A stretch of DNA of 64,000 nt. Source: Chloroflexota bacterium. GTDB lineage: Bacteria; Chloroflexota; Dehalococcoidia; Bin125. This document shows, in pieces, positions 8,145 through 17,876 of this stretch (positions are counted from its first letter, which is position 1; each line of letters opens with the position of its first letter). The stretch is taken from positions 12,822-76,821 of the forward strand of contig JAPPBN010000030.1 of NCBI GenBank assembly GCA_026705025.1, in the 5' to 3' direction. The notes under the pieces are model-generated. The model was not told the origin of the DNA and did not search any database. It saw only the letters and a list, made by a program, of their open reading frames with translations. The translations under genes and the position numbers were made by a program.

Positions 8145-9260
8145 ATGAAAGCTGCCATCTGGGAACCGGGAGCACAGGCCAAGGACGGCGACCGCGACTT
8201 GCTTGAAGTGCACGATGTTGAAGTGCGCGACCCTGAGCCGACCGAAGTGCTAGTCCGCACCACGACCAGCGGCGTCTGCCACTCAGATCTCCACTTTATC
8301 GACGGCAAGTGGGGCGCCGCGTTTGGCGGTCGACCGACCATTCTCGGGCACGAGGCTGCCGGTGTCGTCGAAGAGGTTGGATCCGACGTCACATACGTGG
8401 CACCCGGCGATCACGTGATCATGTCCTTCCGCCCCTTCTGCGGTGACTGCTATTGGTGTTGGCGCGGCGAGCCAAACCTCTGTCCGGCCCCGGCCGACAC
8501 CCGGCTGTCAATGAATCGCTTGAGCTGGGACGGCCGTCAGGTCATGCAGATGGCCTCAGTCGGCTCGTTCGGCGAGTACATGCTCACCACGCAATCCGGT
8601 GTGCTGAAGATTCCCGAGGACGTCCCGCCGGCCGAGGCCGCGCTGGTCGGATGTGGCGTGATGACCGGAGTCGGCGCTGCGCTTTACACGGCCAAAGTGC
8701 CCGGCGGCTCCATCGTTGCCGTGATCGGCTGCGGCGGTGTTGGCTTGAACGTGATTCAGGGCTGCAGAATCGCCGGAGCGAGCCGAATCATCGCAGTGGA
8801 CATCCTCGACAACAAGCTCGACTTCGCCGAGCAGTTCGGCGCGACCGACCGGATCAACGCCAAAGAGGTCGACGCGGTCGAGGCCGTCAAGGACTTGACC
8901 GAGGGTATGGGCGTGGAGATCGCGTTTGAGGCGATCGGCAACGTCAATGCCGCACGCCAGGCCTGGGATATGGTCCGCCCCGGCGGCACCGCCTGCATCG
9001 TCGGGATGATGCCGCTCGGCTCCGAGGTCAACCTGCCCGGTCCCGAGTTCCTGCAAGAGAAAAAGGCGATCGGCTGCATGTACGGTTCGACTCGCTTCCG
9101 CGAGCACATGCCGAAACTGCTCGACCTCTACCGCCAGGGCAAGCTCGACCTGACTGGTCTGGTCTCCAAGCGCTTCGCGCTCGACGAAATCAACGACGCC
9201 TTTGCAGCCATGCAGGCCGGAGAAGTCGCCCGCGGCGTGCTCGACATTTCGCAGCCATAA
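8145..9260 (+). CDS. zinc-dependent alcohol dehydrogenase (class III / mycothiol-dependent formaldehyde dehydrogenase-like)
   Basis: 371 aa. GVCHSDLH, GHEAAGVVEEVG and GCGGVGL Rossmann motif. Confidence 0.85.
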   Translation: MKAAIWEPGAQAKDGDRDLLEVHDVEVRDPEPTEVLVRTTTSGVCHSDLHFIDGKWGAAFGGRPTILGHEAAGVVEEVGSDVTYVAPGDHVIMSFRPFCGDCYWCWRGEPNLCPAPADTRLSMNRLSWDGRQVMQMASVGSFGEYMLTTQSGVLKIPEDVPPAEAALVGCGVMTGVGAALYTAKVPGGSIVAVIGCGGVGLNVIQGCRIAGASRIIAVDILDNKLDFAEQFGATDRINAKEVDAVEAVKDLTEGMGVEIAFEAIGNVNAARQAWDMVRPGGTACIVGMMPLGSEVNLPGPEFLQEKKAIGCMYGSTRFREHMPKLLDLYRQGKLDLTGLVSKRFALDEINDAFAAMQAGEVARGVLDISQP

Positions 9261-9348
9261 TCCGCGACCAGCGGCAACCAAACGCGCCGTCCGCACACCG
9301 GGCGGCGCGTTTGCGTATGTCGGATTCGATCGTGAGGGAGAGTCGGCG

Positions 9349-10644
9349 ATGACGACCATGGACTTCGATGCATACCTGCCGCCTCGATCCGCACCGAGCT
9401 TATCTCGTGAGGGCTCGCCAGAGCAGGCACTGCGCCAGATTCCCGACGGCGCCCGTGTCGTCGTGCCGCCGATGTCGGCGACCCCTGTCGGATTGCTGCA
9501 CGCTCTCGACGAAATCCGGGACGGTTGGACCGACATCGAGATAGCCACTGGCAACCTCTTCACTCATGTGGCTCCACTCGACCACCCAGGCCAGCCATTC
9601 CGATTCTCGACCTACCAAACCAGCGGCCCACTGCGCGAAGTCGAATCCGCCGGCGCACTCGAACACATCCCGGCAACCTATGCCCAGGTACCGTCCCTGT
9701 TCCGGCCGGATGGTCCAATGCCCGCCGACGCCATCCTGATCCAGGTGTCGGAATCAGGCCCCGAAGGCATGTACTCGCTGGGGACTTCCGTCGGCGGAAT
9801 CGTAGATGTCGTCAGAACGGCCCCGTTGGTCATTGCACAGGTCAACCCGAATCTTCCCTATACCTTCGGTGCAGCCGAGCTCCAGCCCGAGGAGATCGAC
9901 TGGGTCGTTCCCCTCGAAAGCGACGTGTTGGAGCTACGCCGGGCCGATCCGGGACCACTGGAACGTGAGATCGCGGAATCGGTGGCTGAACTTGTCACCG
10001 ACGGCGCAACCCTGCAGTTCGGCATTGGTGGCGTGCCCGAAGCGATCATGGGCATGCTCGGCGATCGGCGTGACCTGGGGATCCACTCCGGCTTGATCTC
10101 TGATGGCGTGATGGGGATGGTCGAGAGCGGCGCACTCACGGGGTCGCGGAAGTCGACGGCTCCCGGACTGATCATCACGACCGAAGCCGCTGGCAGCGCC
10201 GAGTTCTTTCACTGGATCGACCGAAACCCGGCAGTCTGCATGGCGCCTGCGGGCTACACGCACGCGCTCGAGGTACTGGCGAGGCAGCATAACTTTGTGG
10301 GGATCAACTCCGCCGTGCAGGTCGCTCTCGACGGCACGATCAACGCCGAGTCACTGGGCCCGCGGCAGATTTCCGGTCCCGGCGGCCAACCCGACTTCGC
10401 CTCCGGCGCGATGCTCAATGGTGGAGTCTCGGTTGTGGCGATGCCTTCGACGGCGGCGAGGGGCAAGGTCTCGAGGATTGTCAGACGACTGGATTCCGAC
10501 GCCGTCGTGACGACGCCGCGCACATTGGCCGATCGGATCATCACCGAGTTCGGTCAGGCCGAGTTGGCGGGACGCACCCTGGGAGCGCGGACCGAGGCAC
10601 TGCGCGAAATTGCCCATCCCGACTTCCGCGACCAGCTGACGTAA
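9349..10644 (+). CDS. acetyl-CoA hydrolase/transferase family protein
   Basis: From ATG 9349 (GAGGGAG upstream). Overall similarity to 4-hydroxybutyrate/acetyl-CoA transferase family (GIGGVPEAI, SGPGGQPDF motifs). Confidence 0.75.
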   Translation: MTTMDFDAYLPPRSAPSLSREGSPEQALRQIPDGARVVVPPMSATPVGLLHALDEIRDGWTDIEIATGNLFTHVAPLDHPGQPFRFSTYQTSGPLREVESAGALEHIPATYAQVPSLFRPDGPMPADAILIQVSESGPEGMYSLGTSVGGIVDVVRTAPLVIAQVNPNLPYTFGAAELQPEEIDWVVPLESDVLELRRADPGPLEREIAESVAELVTDGATLQFGIGGVPEAIMGMLGDRRDLGIHSGLISDGVMGMVESGALTGSRKSTAPGLIITTEAAGSAEFFHWIDRNPAVCMAPAGYTHALEVLARQHNFVGINSAVQVALDGTINAESLGPRQISGPGGQPDFASGAMLNGGVSVVAMPSTAARGKVSRIVRRLDSDAVVTTPRTLADRIITEFGQAELAGRTLGARTEALREIAHPDFRDQLT

Positions 10645-10793
10645 ACGGCGATCCCTTCGGTTCGCAACTTGATTCACAAGCAGGTGGCCAGTGGTCTCGC
10701 CCGTACACCACCGAGACGGAGCGACCCGTTATCTTGCACGTGAAGCAGCGCACGACCCGCGTCGAGCGCCAGGGATCAGCTTCGGAGGTTGAA

Positions 10794-11234
10794 ATGCCGG
10801 TTTCGATTGAAGACATGCTCGCCAACACCTCGCTGTTCTCTCGCGTTGATCGCGATGAACTGCACAACCTCGCCGCCTGGGTCCAGGTCCAGAACTACAA
10901 CTCAGGCCAGGTGATCGACGCTGAGGGAGACTTGGGCACCACGCTGCATATCATTCGCAGCGGATCGGTGGATGTGTACCAGTCCTACGGGTCGGACGAC
11001 CAGACCCTCCTCGCCTCGTTTGGCGAGGGCGACTTCTTCGGCGAGATGGCGCTTCTGCTCGGGCGGCCGCGCTCGGCCACCGTGATCGCCAAGGAACAGA
11101 CCGAGTGCTTGCAGATTCTGCGCAACTCATTCGAGGAAGGCGCGACCGTTCCGGTCCTCTGGGCCATGCTCCAGCACGTCGCCGAACGCCTAGCCCACGC
11201 CGACGAGACCATCGGCGAGATGCACTCGCACTAG
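10794..11234 (+). CDS. cyclic nucleotide-binding domain protein
   Basis: 146 aa from ATG 10794 (GGAGG upstream). cNMP-binding signature GDFFGEMALLLGRPRSATV. Confidence 0.8.
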   Translation: MPVSIEDMLANTSLFSRVDRDELHNLAAWVQVQNYNSGQVIDAEGDLGTTLHIIRSGSVDVYQSYGSDDQTLLASFGEGDFFGEMALLLGRPRSATVIAKEQTECLQILRNSFEEGATVPVLWAMLQHVAERLAHADETIGEMHSH

Positions 11235-11238
11235 ATTC

Positions 11239-12126
11239 CTATTCCGAAACGCTCTGGCCGAGCCCGGACACGACGCGTGCCAGTGCCTGTGTGCCTTCGT
11301 CTCCAAGATCAGACGTCTGCAGTTGGTAGTAGAGCTGCTGCACGAGCGAGGTGTTCGGCAGCGGCTGCAATACATCCCCGCCGGCCTCAAGCGCCAGCCG
11401 CAGATCCTTCTGCATCAGCTTGACCATGAAGCCCGGCGCGTAGTCCCCGACAGCGATTTTGGGCCCCAGGTTGGTGAGTTGCCAGCTGCCCGCTGCGCCG
11501 GCCGAAATCGCGGCCAGCATTCGCTCTTGGTCCACGCCCGACTTGTCCGCCAGCGACAGCGCCTCGCAAACGCCGAGAAGCGCGCCCGCGATCGCTACCT
11601 GATTGCAGAGTTTCACAGTCTGTCCGGCGCCAATCGGTCCGCAATGGGTGATGGTCGTCCCCATTGCCTCAAGCACCGGCAGACAGCGCTCCAGGACGTC
11701 GCCGTCTCCACCGACCATGATTGACAATGTGCCCGCCTTGGCGCCGGTGTCGCCCCCTGACACCGGCGCGTCGAGCATCGCCACGCCGCGATCAGCGAGT
11801 TGCCGGGCGACATCGCGTGTCACCGCCGGTGAAATCGTCGACATATCGATGACGACAGACCCAGAAGCCAGGCCATGGATCGCGGCGTCATCACGTTGGA
11901 CGAGTACGGATTCCACATCGGGTGAGTCGGTGACGATGGTGATCAGGATGTCGCTCGCTTCAGCCACCGCCCGAGGAGAATCGGCCGACGAGGCGCCCAG
12001 TTTTGTGCAGGCATCGATTCCCGGCCGGGAACGATTCCACACGGTCGGCAGATGGCCTGCCTTGATCAGGTTGGCCACCATCGGCACACCCATGATCCCG
12101 AGGCCGATGAATCCGATCCGTTCCAT
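11239..12126 (-). CDS. NAD(P)-dependent 3-hydroxyisobutyrate dehydrogenase-family oxidoreductase
   Basis: 295 aa. MERIGFIGLGIMG dinucleotide fold, DAPVSGG, HIBADH-type C-terminal domain. Confidence 0.85.
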   Translation of the reverse strand: MERIGFIGLGIMGVPMVANLIKAGHLPTVWNRSRPGIDACTKLGASSADSPRAVAEASDILITIVTDSPDVESVLVQRDDAAIHGLASGSVVIDMSTISPAVTRDVARQLADRGVAMLDAPVSGGDTGAKAGTLSIMVGGDGDVLERCLPVLEAMGTTITHCGPIGAGQTVKLCNQVAIAGALLGVCEALSLADKSGVDQERMLAAISAGAAGSWQLTNLGPKIAVGDYAPGFMVKLMQKDLRLALEAGGDVLQPLPNTSLVQQLYYQLQTSDLGDEGTQALARVVSGLGQSVSE

Positions 12127-12170
12127 GGCTGGCTCCGTTCTTGCGTTCGACTGCGACTACGATACGACCC

Positions 12171-12452
12171 ATGCCGCTCTACCTATCGCAAGCCCGTTGG
12201 GATGTCCGAAGGCCGCTGGAGCAGGTGCTGACTGAGTTTGAAGGCATCGTCCAACGGACCGGCGGTCAGGTGCTGCAAGTGCTCCAGGTTGACGGTGATC
12301 TCTCATTCACCATTGAGACCCCTGATGACCTGTCTCTGTTCCGGATTGGGCGCGAGGCGTCCGTGCTGGGCCTGGAGCTGTCCTCGCGCGTAGCATTGTC
12401 ACGAACCGAAGCGGAGGCGCTGGACAACGCGCATCGAGATCGGAATAGATAG
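12171..12452 (+). CDS. hypothetical protein
   Basis: ORF with ATG 12171 (tracked from 12141). No family recognised. Confidence 0.4.
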   Translation: MPLYLSQARWDVRRPLEQVLTEFEGIVQRTGGQVLQVLQVDGDLSFTIETPDDLSLFRIGREASVLGLELSSRVALSRTEAEALDNAHRDRNR

Positions 12453-12463
12453 GAGTCGGTCAG

Positions 12464-12661
12464 ATGGCGGACGACGCACGCTGTGAAGAAATGCGGGCCG
12501 AGCGCGCGCGACTCAACAAGCTTGCCGACGATATGCCCGGCAAACTGCCTCCTCGGCCCGGCGAGGGACCACTAGGCCGACCGAATCCCGAACTGCGCCG
12601 CATCTACGACCAGATCAACGATCTGCGCAAGGAACTTCTGGCAATGGGTTGCAAACCGTAG
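12464..12661 (+). CDS. hypothetical small protein
   Basis: 65 aa, AGGAG upstream of ATG 12464. No family recognised. Confidence 0.4.
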   Translation: MADDARCEEMRAERARLNKLADDMPGKLPPRPGEGPLGRPNPELRRIYDQINDLRKELLAMGCKP

Positions 12662-12796
12662 AGCGGACAACCTGAAGCCGGGGCACGGCTGTCCGGCCGA
12701 CGTTGCTTGCCTGAGATTCACACTCGGTTAACACTCGGAACCAGGCATTGGCAATTGTCTCCAGGACTGGTTACCCTTGGAGGCACAACAGAATAT

Positions 12797-12948
12797 TCGG
12801 GCCGAATCCCTGTGATGCCCAACAGCGGACCAGGGAGCGGGGGACCCAACACTCTGGGGTGAATGCGAGACTCGTCTTCATTGAAGCGAAATCGCACGGC
12901 GCACTCCTTCGCGCCGAACCCGTCAGCTAACCCCGTAGGCGACCGAGG
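12797..12948 (+). promoter_or_regulatory. c-di-AMP riboswitch (ydaO/kimA class)
   Basis: GAAUCCC...GGAGCGGGGGACCCA...GGGGUGAAU...GCCGAACCCGUCAGCUAACCCCGUAGGCG. Matches the conserved cores I recall from B. subtilis ydaO (GAGCGGGGGACCCA, GGGGUGAAUC, CCCGAACCCGUCAGCUAACCUCGUAAGCG). Confidence 0.8.
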
Positions 12949-13139
12949 GAGATGCGCTGCGGAGCGTTTGCACCGAAGCGCAATTCAAGAACCCGTGTCT
13001 TGAGCACGGCTCCACCGGTTCGCCCAACTGTTGAGAGACAGTGATCGGCCGCGAACGTGAGAGTCACGTCGGGAGCGACCGCCCGGCGCACTCAGGGGCA
13101 CGGGTTTCTCGCTCGCCCGTCCCCGTCCTTCCTGGCCGA

Positions 13140-13172
13140 CCCCCGGACCTGCTGTCCGGGGGTTCGGTTTTT
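13140..13172 (+). terminator. intrinsic terminator
   Basis: cccccggac-ctgct-gtccggggg followed by ttcggttttt. Confidence 0.75.
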
Positions 13173-13200
13173 CCAGGCGATCCGCACGACGCTGGCAGGT

Positions 13201-14016
13201 CTAGCGGCCGACGAAGTTCGGGGGACGCTTCTCGAGGAAGGCGCGGGCCGCTTCCTTGTTGTCTTCGCCCGTGAAGGACAGCATGACGTGCGATCCTTCC
13301 TGGTAGAGCGAGTCGCTCAGGCTTGACGTGGCGGCGTAGTTCAACGTCCACTTCATCATCGAGAGCACCGCGGTCGGACCCTGCGCCAGCTCGCGACAGA
13401 ATGCCAGACCCTCGGACAACAGATCGTCATGCGGCACGATCTTCGTGACGATGCCGAGCGCCTCGGCCTCGTCGGCGTTGATCCGACGGTCGAGCATCAG
13501 CAACTCACGAGCGCGTGTGATCCCGACCATCTGATTCAGGAACCAGGCGACGCCGTAGTCGCCCGAGACGCCGATGTTGCGGAACGCAGTCACGAAGCGC
13601 GCACGGTCCGAGGCAATCCGAAAGTCGGTCGCCAGGCACAGGCCGAGCCCGCCGCCGGCGGCCGGCCCGTTGACCAGCGACACGGTCGGCGTGCCCATTT
13701 CGTGCAACATCCCCGATGTCTGCTGTTGGCTGCGATGGCTACGCCGGTTGACTACACCCGGGCCAGGCGGAGTGCCGGAAGATCCGCGGCTCATGTTGTT
13801 GATGTCCGCTCCGGCTGAGAACCCACGCCCCGCACCGGTCAGCGCCACGCAGCGCACGTCCGGATCATCTTCACAATCGACCAGCGCTTCGGTCAGTCTC
13901 TGAAGCAGGTCGTCGCCGAAGGCATTCAAGCGCTCCGGTCGGTTCAGCGTGATCAGGGCGACGCCATCGTCGCGCTTGTCGAGGATGACCGTCGGTTCGC
14001 CGTTCGTGTCTGACAT
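13201..14016 (-). CDS. enoyl-CoA hydratase/isomerase family protein
   Basis: 271 aa. LTGAGRGFSAGADI and VNGPAAGGGLGLCLATD crotonase motifs. Confidence 0.85.
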   Translation of the reverse strand: MSDTNGEPTVILDKRDDGVALITLNRPERLNAFGDDLLQRLTEALVDCEDDPDVRCVALTGAGRGFSAGADINNMSRGSSGTPPGPGVVNRRSHRSQQQTSGMLHEMGTPTVSLVNGPAAGGGLGLCLATDFRIASDRARFVTAFRNIGVSGDYGVAWFLNQMVGITRARELLMLDRRINADEAEALGIVTKIVPHDDLLSEGLAFCRELAQGPTAVLSMMKWTLNYAATSSLSDSLYQEGSHVMLSFTGEDNKEAARAFLEKRPPNFVGR

Positions 14017-14087
14017 GTATCGGGCCTCTCACTGAGCATTGAATTCCTCCGCTCAATGCTAAGGCCAGACCTACCTACACTGACCTC

Positions 14088-14792
14088 ATGTGCGCCCGAT
14101 TCACACTGACACAAGAAGAGGAAGCGCTCGTGGAGACCTGGGGGGAACTCGGGATCGAGGTCAGCTTTGACTTCTTCTCACACAAGCCACGATTCAACGT
14201 CGCCCCGACCCAGGTGCACCCGATCCTGCTGGCCGAGCGCGAAGCATTCGCCGTTCAGCCGGCTCGTTGGGGTCTGGTCAACTCGTGGGCGAAGGACGCC
14301 AAGCGTGCCTCGCGGCAAATCAACGCACGTTCCGAAACCGTAGCGGAGTCCCGCGCGTACGCACGGCCGTTCAAGCGTCGACGCTGCCTCGTCCCAGCCG
14401 ACGGCTGGTACGAGTGGAGCGGGCCGAAGAACCACCGCCAGCCGTACTGGATCCACCGCGCCGACCGAGAGGTCTTCGTCTTCGCTGGTCTCTTCGACAT
14501 CTGGTACCCCGAGCCCGAACACCCGGCGGTCACGTTCACGATCTTGACCCAGGACTCGACCGAGTCGCTGGCCAGCATCTACCCGCGAATGCCGGTGGTC
14601 TTGCCTCCCGATCGCCTGGAGGCCTGGCTCGACTCCGGCAAGGAGGACACGGAGTCCGTGCTAGCCCTGCTCGACCTCCCGCCCGACGACGCCTTCATTG
14701 CCGAACCGGTCTCGACCCGTGTCAACTACGTCAAGAACGACGACCCTGACCTCTTGCGGGTCGAACAACAGCCGACGCTCGACCTCGGATAA
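14088..14792 (+). CDS. SOS response-associated peptidase (SRAP/YedK family, abasic-site processing)
   Basis: 234 aa starting MCARFTL (catalytic Cys2). NARSETV and WYEW motifs. Confidence 0.85.
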   Translation: MCARFTLTQEEEALVETWGELGIEVSFDFFSHKPRFNVAPTQVHPILLAEREAFAVQPARWGLVNSWAKDAKRASRQINARSETVAESRAYARPFKRRRCLVPADGWYEWSGPKNHRQPYWIHRADREVFVFAGLFDIWYPEPEHPAVTFTILTQDSTESLASIYPRMPVVLPPDRLEAWLDSGKEDTESVLALLDLPPDDAFIAEPVSTRVNYVKNDDPDLLRVEQQPTLDLG

Positions 14793-14806
14793 CCCTGGAG
14801 CATCAC

Positions 14807-15334
14807 ATGTTCACCGACATCGATAGCTTTCTGCGCTACTTCCGCTCCGTCAACCGACGCGCGGTACGTGACGTGACTGCACTGCCTCCGGCAGCGGACG
14901 GTTGGACCCCGATTGGCGGTGAAGGCGAGAACGCGTGGTCGATCAACAAGCTGATCGGGCACATGTGCGGCTCGCGGCTCTACTTTGCCAGCGCCTATCG
15001 TCGCCAGGGTTGGATTTCTCCGGAGCCGCCCGACGTCTCGAGCCCCGACCTCTGGGCGCCGGCGCTGGACGCCAGCTTTGAGGAGTTCAGCCGGCTCGTG
15101 ACCGAGGTTGGTCCTGAAGGGCTGACCCGCCAGATCGAAATGATCGACACGCCCGGAGCCACACTGAGCGGTTGGCGACTGCTACTGATGATGATGGAGC
15201 ACGACATCCATCACCGCTCCCAGATCGACACCTACGCCGGCCTCAACGGCTGGGATCCGCCCGACATCTATTTCCGCTCCGCCGAGACCATCGCCGAGCG
15301 CCAGCCCGAGCAGATCGCGAAGTACCGCTCGTGA
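14807..15334 (+). CDS. DinB-family (DinB_2) metal-dependent protein
   Basis: 175 aa. LIGHM...MMEHDIHHRSQI four-helix-bundle His motifs. Confidence 0.7.
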   Translation: MFTDIDSFLRYFRSVNRRAVRDVTALPPAADGWTPIGGEGENAWSINKLIGHMCGSRLYFASAYRRQGWISPEPPDVSSPDLWAPALDASFEEFSRLVTEVGPEGLTRQIEMIDTPGATLSGWRLLLMMMEHDIHHRSQIDTYAGLNGWDPPDIYFRSAETIAERQPEQIAKYRS

Positions 15335-16305
15335 GGCCCACACTCGTCGCTCCGGCCCTGGAGGAGATCAGACGCGCACACGAAATCATCAATCGAGAGA
15401 TCGGACTGCCGACCCCGCTGATACACAGCCCTGGGCTCTCTGAGCACCTGAACGCTCACGTTTCGATCAAGTTGGAAGCGGCGACGCCTACGTCTGCCTT
15501 CAAGGTTCGGGGCGGCATCTATCTCGCTTCTCAACTCGGCGTTGACGCTCGCGAGCGGGGGCTGGTGACCGCGTCAACCGGCAATCACGGCCAGTCCATC
15601 GCGTACGGCGCCGCCGTCGCTGGAACGTCGGCAACGATCTTCATGCCGACCGACGCCAATCCCGACAAGATTACGGCGATCGAGCGCTTCGGCGGCCGCG
15701 TGGAGCTGGTCGGTGAACGAGTCGATGAGTGTTTCATCGCGGCGGCGGAGTATGCCCACGAGCGAGGCGCGCTCTACGTGGAGCCGGTCAATCAACCCAC
15801 CTTGATCGCAGGAGTCGCGACAGCCGCGCTGGAAGTGCTGGAGACGCAGCAGCCAGACACCGAACTCGTGATTGTGCCGCTTGGCGGCGGTACCGGGGCG
15901 TCTGGGTGGGTCCTTGTGCGCGATGGTCTGGGACATCCGGCAGAGGTGTGGGCGGCACAATCGTCGCAAGCACCGGCCGTTCACGATGCCTGGCGTTCGG
16001 GCAAGATGGAACCGCGACCCAATCGAACGCTTGCCGAAGGCATCGCCACTGGCGTGGTGTTCGAGCTCCCGCTGGGAATCCTGCGCGCTTCGCTCAACGA
16101 CTTCATTTTGGCCGATGACGGCCAGATCCTTGCGGGCCTGCGTCGGCTCTGGGATCTGCAGCACATCATGTCCGAGCCCGCGGGCGCCGTTGGCGTTGCC
16201 GCTGCCGAGCAGGAGCGCGAGCGGCTCTCGGGGAAGCGCGTCGTCATCGTCGTCAGCGGCGCCAATGCGACGCGAGCGCAACTTGCTAAGTGGCTGGGCG
16301 ATTAG
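15331..16305 (+). CDS. threonine/serine dehydratase-like PLP-dependent enzyme
   Basis: GTG 15331 overlaps the preceding stop (GTGA). PTSAFKVRGG (PLP lysine), ASTGNHGQS, GGGTGASG. Confidence 0.8.
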   Translation: MRPTLVAPALEEIRRAHEIINREIGLPTPLIHSPGLSEHLNAHVSIKLEAATPTSAFKVRGGIYLASQLGVDARERGLVTASTGNHGQSIAYGAAVAGTSATIFMPTDANPDKITAIERFGGRVELVGERVDECFIAAAEYAHERGALYVEPVNQPTLIAGVATAALEVLETQQPDTELVIVPLGGGTGASGWVLVRDGLGHPAEVWAAQSSQAPAVHDAWRSGKMEPRPNRTLAEGIATGVVFELPLGILRASLNDFILADDGQILAGLRRLWDLQHIMSEPAGAVGVAAAEQERERLSGKRVVIVVSGANATRAQLAKWLGD

Positions 16306-16592
16306 TTCGCTGCGTCATTGATTTGACCCGCCAGGACGAAGTCGAAGTCGGTGACGCCGCCGGCGTCGTGGGTGTTGAGGGCGATCGAAACCGTGTTGTA
16401 GACGTTCGACCAGTTGGGATGGTGGTCGAGCTTCTCGGCCAACAGGGCGACCGACGACATGAACCCGAAGGCGGAGACGAAGTTGTCGAACTGGAACTCG
16501 CGGGTCAGCGAACCGTCTTCGTAGCCCCAGCCCGGGATTTCCGACAGCCGACCGCTAATCTCAGAATCATCAAGCTTGCGTCGCTCCGGCAT
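16302..16592 (-). CDS. pterin-4-alpha-carbinolamine dehydratase
   Basis: 96 aa from ATG 16592 (GGGAGG upstream). FxFxxF...AEKLDHHPNWSNVYNTV signature. Confidence 0.8.
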   Translation of the reverse strand: MPERRKLDDSEISGRLSEIPGWGYEDGSLTREFQFDNFVSAFGFMSSVALLAEKLDHHPNWSNVYNTVSIALNTHDAGGVTDFDFVLAGQINDAAN

Positions 16593-16641
16593 GAGAACCT
16601 CCCGCTGAACTTCCTCTGGATGCCGCGAGTATAGGAAGCCG

Positions 16642-17070
16642 ATGACTTCACTCGATGATGTTCGCGCCACGCTCGAAACGGCCCGACACGGATATCTCTC
16701 AACGGCTTCGGCAGAGGGCGATCCGCATCTCCAGCCGGTGGTGTTTCAGCTTGTGGAGGACTCGGTCTACATCGCCATTGACGAGAAACCGAAGACAACA
16801 CTTCGTCTTCGACGGCTGACGAACATCGAGTCCAATCCGAGGTTCGCTTTGCTGGTCGACAACTATGACGATACCTGGGATCGACTGTGGTGGATTCTGT
16901 TGCGCGGACCGGCGACTGTGTTGTGGCCATCAACGTGGGATGTTGATGAATCGAACGCGGCGATCAGGGCGCTTCGAGCGAAGTATCCGCAGTACGAGTC
17001 GATGGCGCTGGAGGAGCGCCCTCTGCTGAAGCTGACGCCCGACCGGATTACGCGCTGGTCGGCCTCGTGA
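16642..17070 (+). CDS. PPOX-class (pyridoxamine 5'-phosphate oxidase-like) probable F420-dependent oxidoreductase
   Basis: 142 aa. ARHGYLSTASAEGDPHLQPVVF and RNIESNPRFALLVD split-barrel motifs. Confidence 0.7.
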   Translation: MTSLDDVRATLETARHGYLSTASAEGDPHLQPVVFQLVEDSVYIAIDEKPKTTLRLRRLTNIESNPRFALLVDNYDDTWDRLWWILLRGPATVLWPSTWDVDESNAAIRALRAKYPQYESMALEERPLLKLTPDRITRWSAS

Positions 17071-17071
17071 G

Positions 17072-17863
17072 CTACCTCCAGTCGCGGCCGGTGAACTGGT
17101 TGTAGCGGGCGTCGGGACCGGTCCAGCCGCCGTCGACGACGAGCTTCTGTCCGGTGATCAGCGCTGAAGCGTCGGATGCCAGGAACAGCGCGGCATTGGC
17201 GATGTCGATCGCCTCTCCCGATCGGCCGATTGGGTGCATCTGCGCCCAGTCCTGTCTGGTCTGTTCGACGCGCTCTTCGCTGAGCCATCCCTGACCGGTG
17301 GCGATGCCTCCGGGGCAGATGCAGTTGATCCGGATGTTCTTGGACGCCCACTCGCCAGCCGCAGCCTGGACCATGGCGATCACGGCGCCCTTGGACGCGC
17401 AGTAGGCTCCCATCCCGGCCAGGCCGACCAGCCCGGCAACCGATGCCGTCGCAATGATCGATCCGCCGCCGGCGCGCTCGAGGTGCGGGATGCCGTACTT
17501 CATGCCCAGCCAGACCCCGCGGATGTTGACGTCCGAGACCAGGTCGTAGGTATGTTCCGGACACTCCAGAATGCCGCCCTCAGGCGGTCCGACGCCGGCA
17601 TTGTTGTAGATCACGTCGACCCGGCCCCAGGCTTCGTCGGCGGCCGAGAACATGCCCTGCACGTCCTCGCCGTTGCGCACATCGGTCTCGACGTACAACG
17701 CCGCGTCGCCGATGTCCGAAGCGACCGATGGTCCTCGCTCCGCGTTGCGATCGGCGATCAAGACCCTCGCTCCTTCGGAGGCGAAGAGCCGCGCCGTCGC
17801 CTCACCGATGCCCGACGCGCCTCCGGTGATCACCGCCACCTTGCCTGTCAATCGATCAGCCAT
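17072..17863 (-). CDS. SDR-family oxidoreductase (paralog 1 of 3)
   Basis: 263 aa from ATG 17863. TGGASGIGEA, NNAG, YCASKGA. Confidence 0.9.
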   Translation of the reverse strand: MADRLTGKVAVITGGASGIGEATARLFASEGARVLIADRNAERGPSVASDIGDAALYVETDVRNGEDVQGMFSAADEAWGRVDVIYNNAGVGPPEGGILECPEHTYDLVSDVNIRGVWLGMKYGIPHLERAGGGSIIATASVAGLVGLAGMGAYCASKGAVIAMVQAAAGEWASKNIRINCICPGGIATGQGWLSEERVEQTRQDWAQMHPIGRSGEAIDIANAALFLASDASALITGQKLVVDGGWTGPDARYNQFTGRDWR

Positions 17864-17876
17864 GAACTGTTCCTCT

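Noticed and set aside
12951-13043. 30-codon ORF immediately after the riboswitch as its regulated gene.
   Set aside because: The GGGAG abuts the ATG with no spacer. The peptide is Arg/Pro-rich with no hydrophobic or conserved character. It was left as an open question in the riboswitch finding.
12662-13200. tRNA-Sec, tmRNA or RNase P RNA in this and other intergenic regions (4915-5128, 19569-20181, 36338-36799, 52471-53048, 55572-55900).
   Set aside because: No cloverleaf with a UCA anticodon loop was seen. No tmRNA tag/acceptor motifs or RNase P P4 consensus (GAGGAAAGUCC / ACAGAACCCGGCUUA) were seen either. The 12.8-kb region is explained by the ydaO-type riboswitch.
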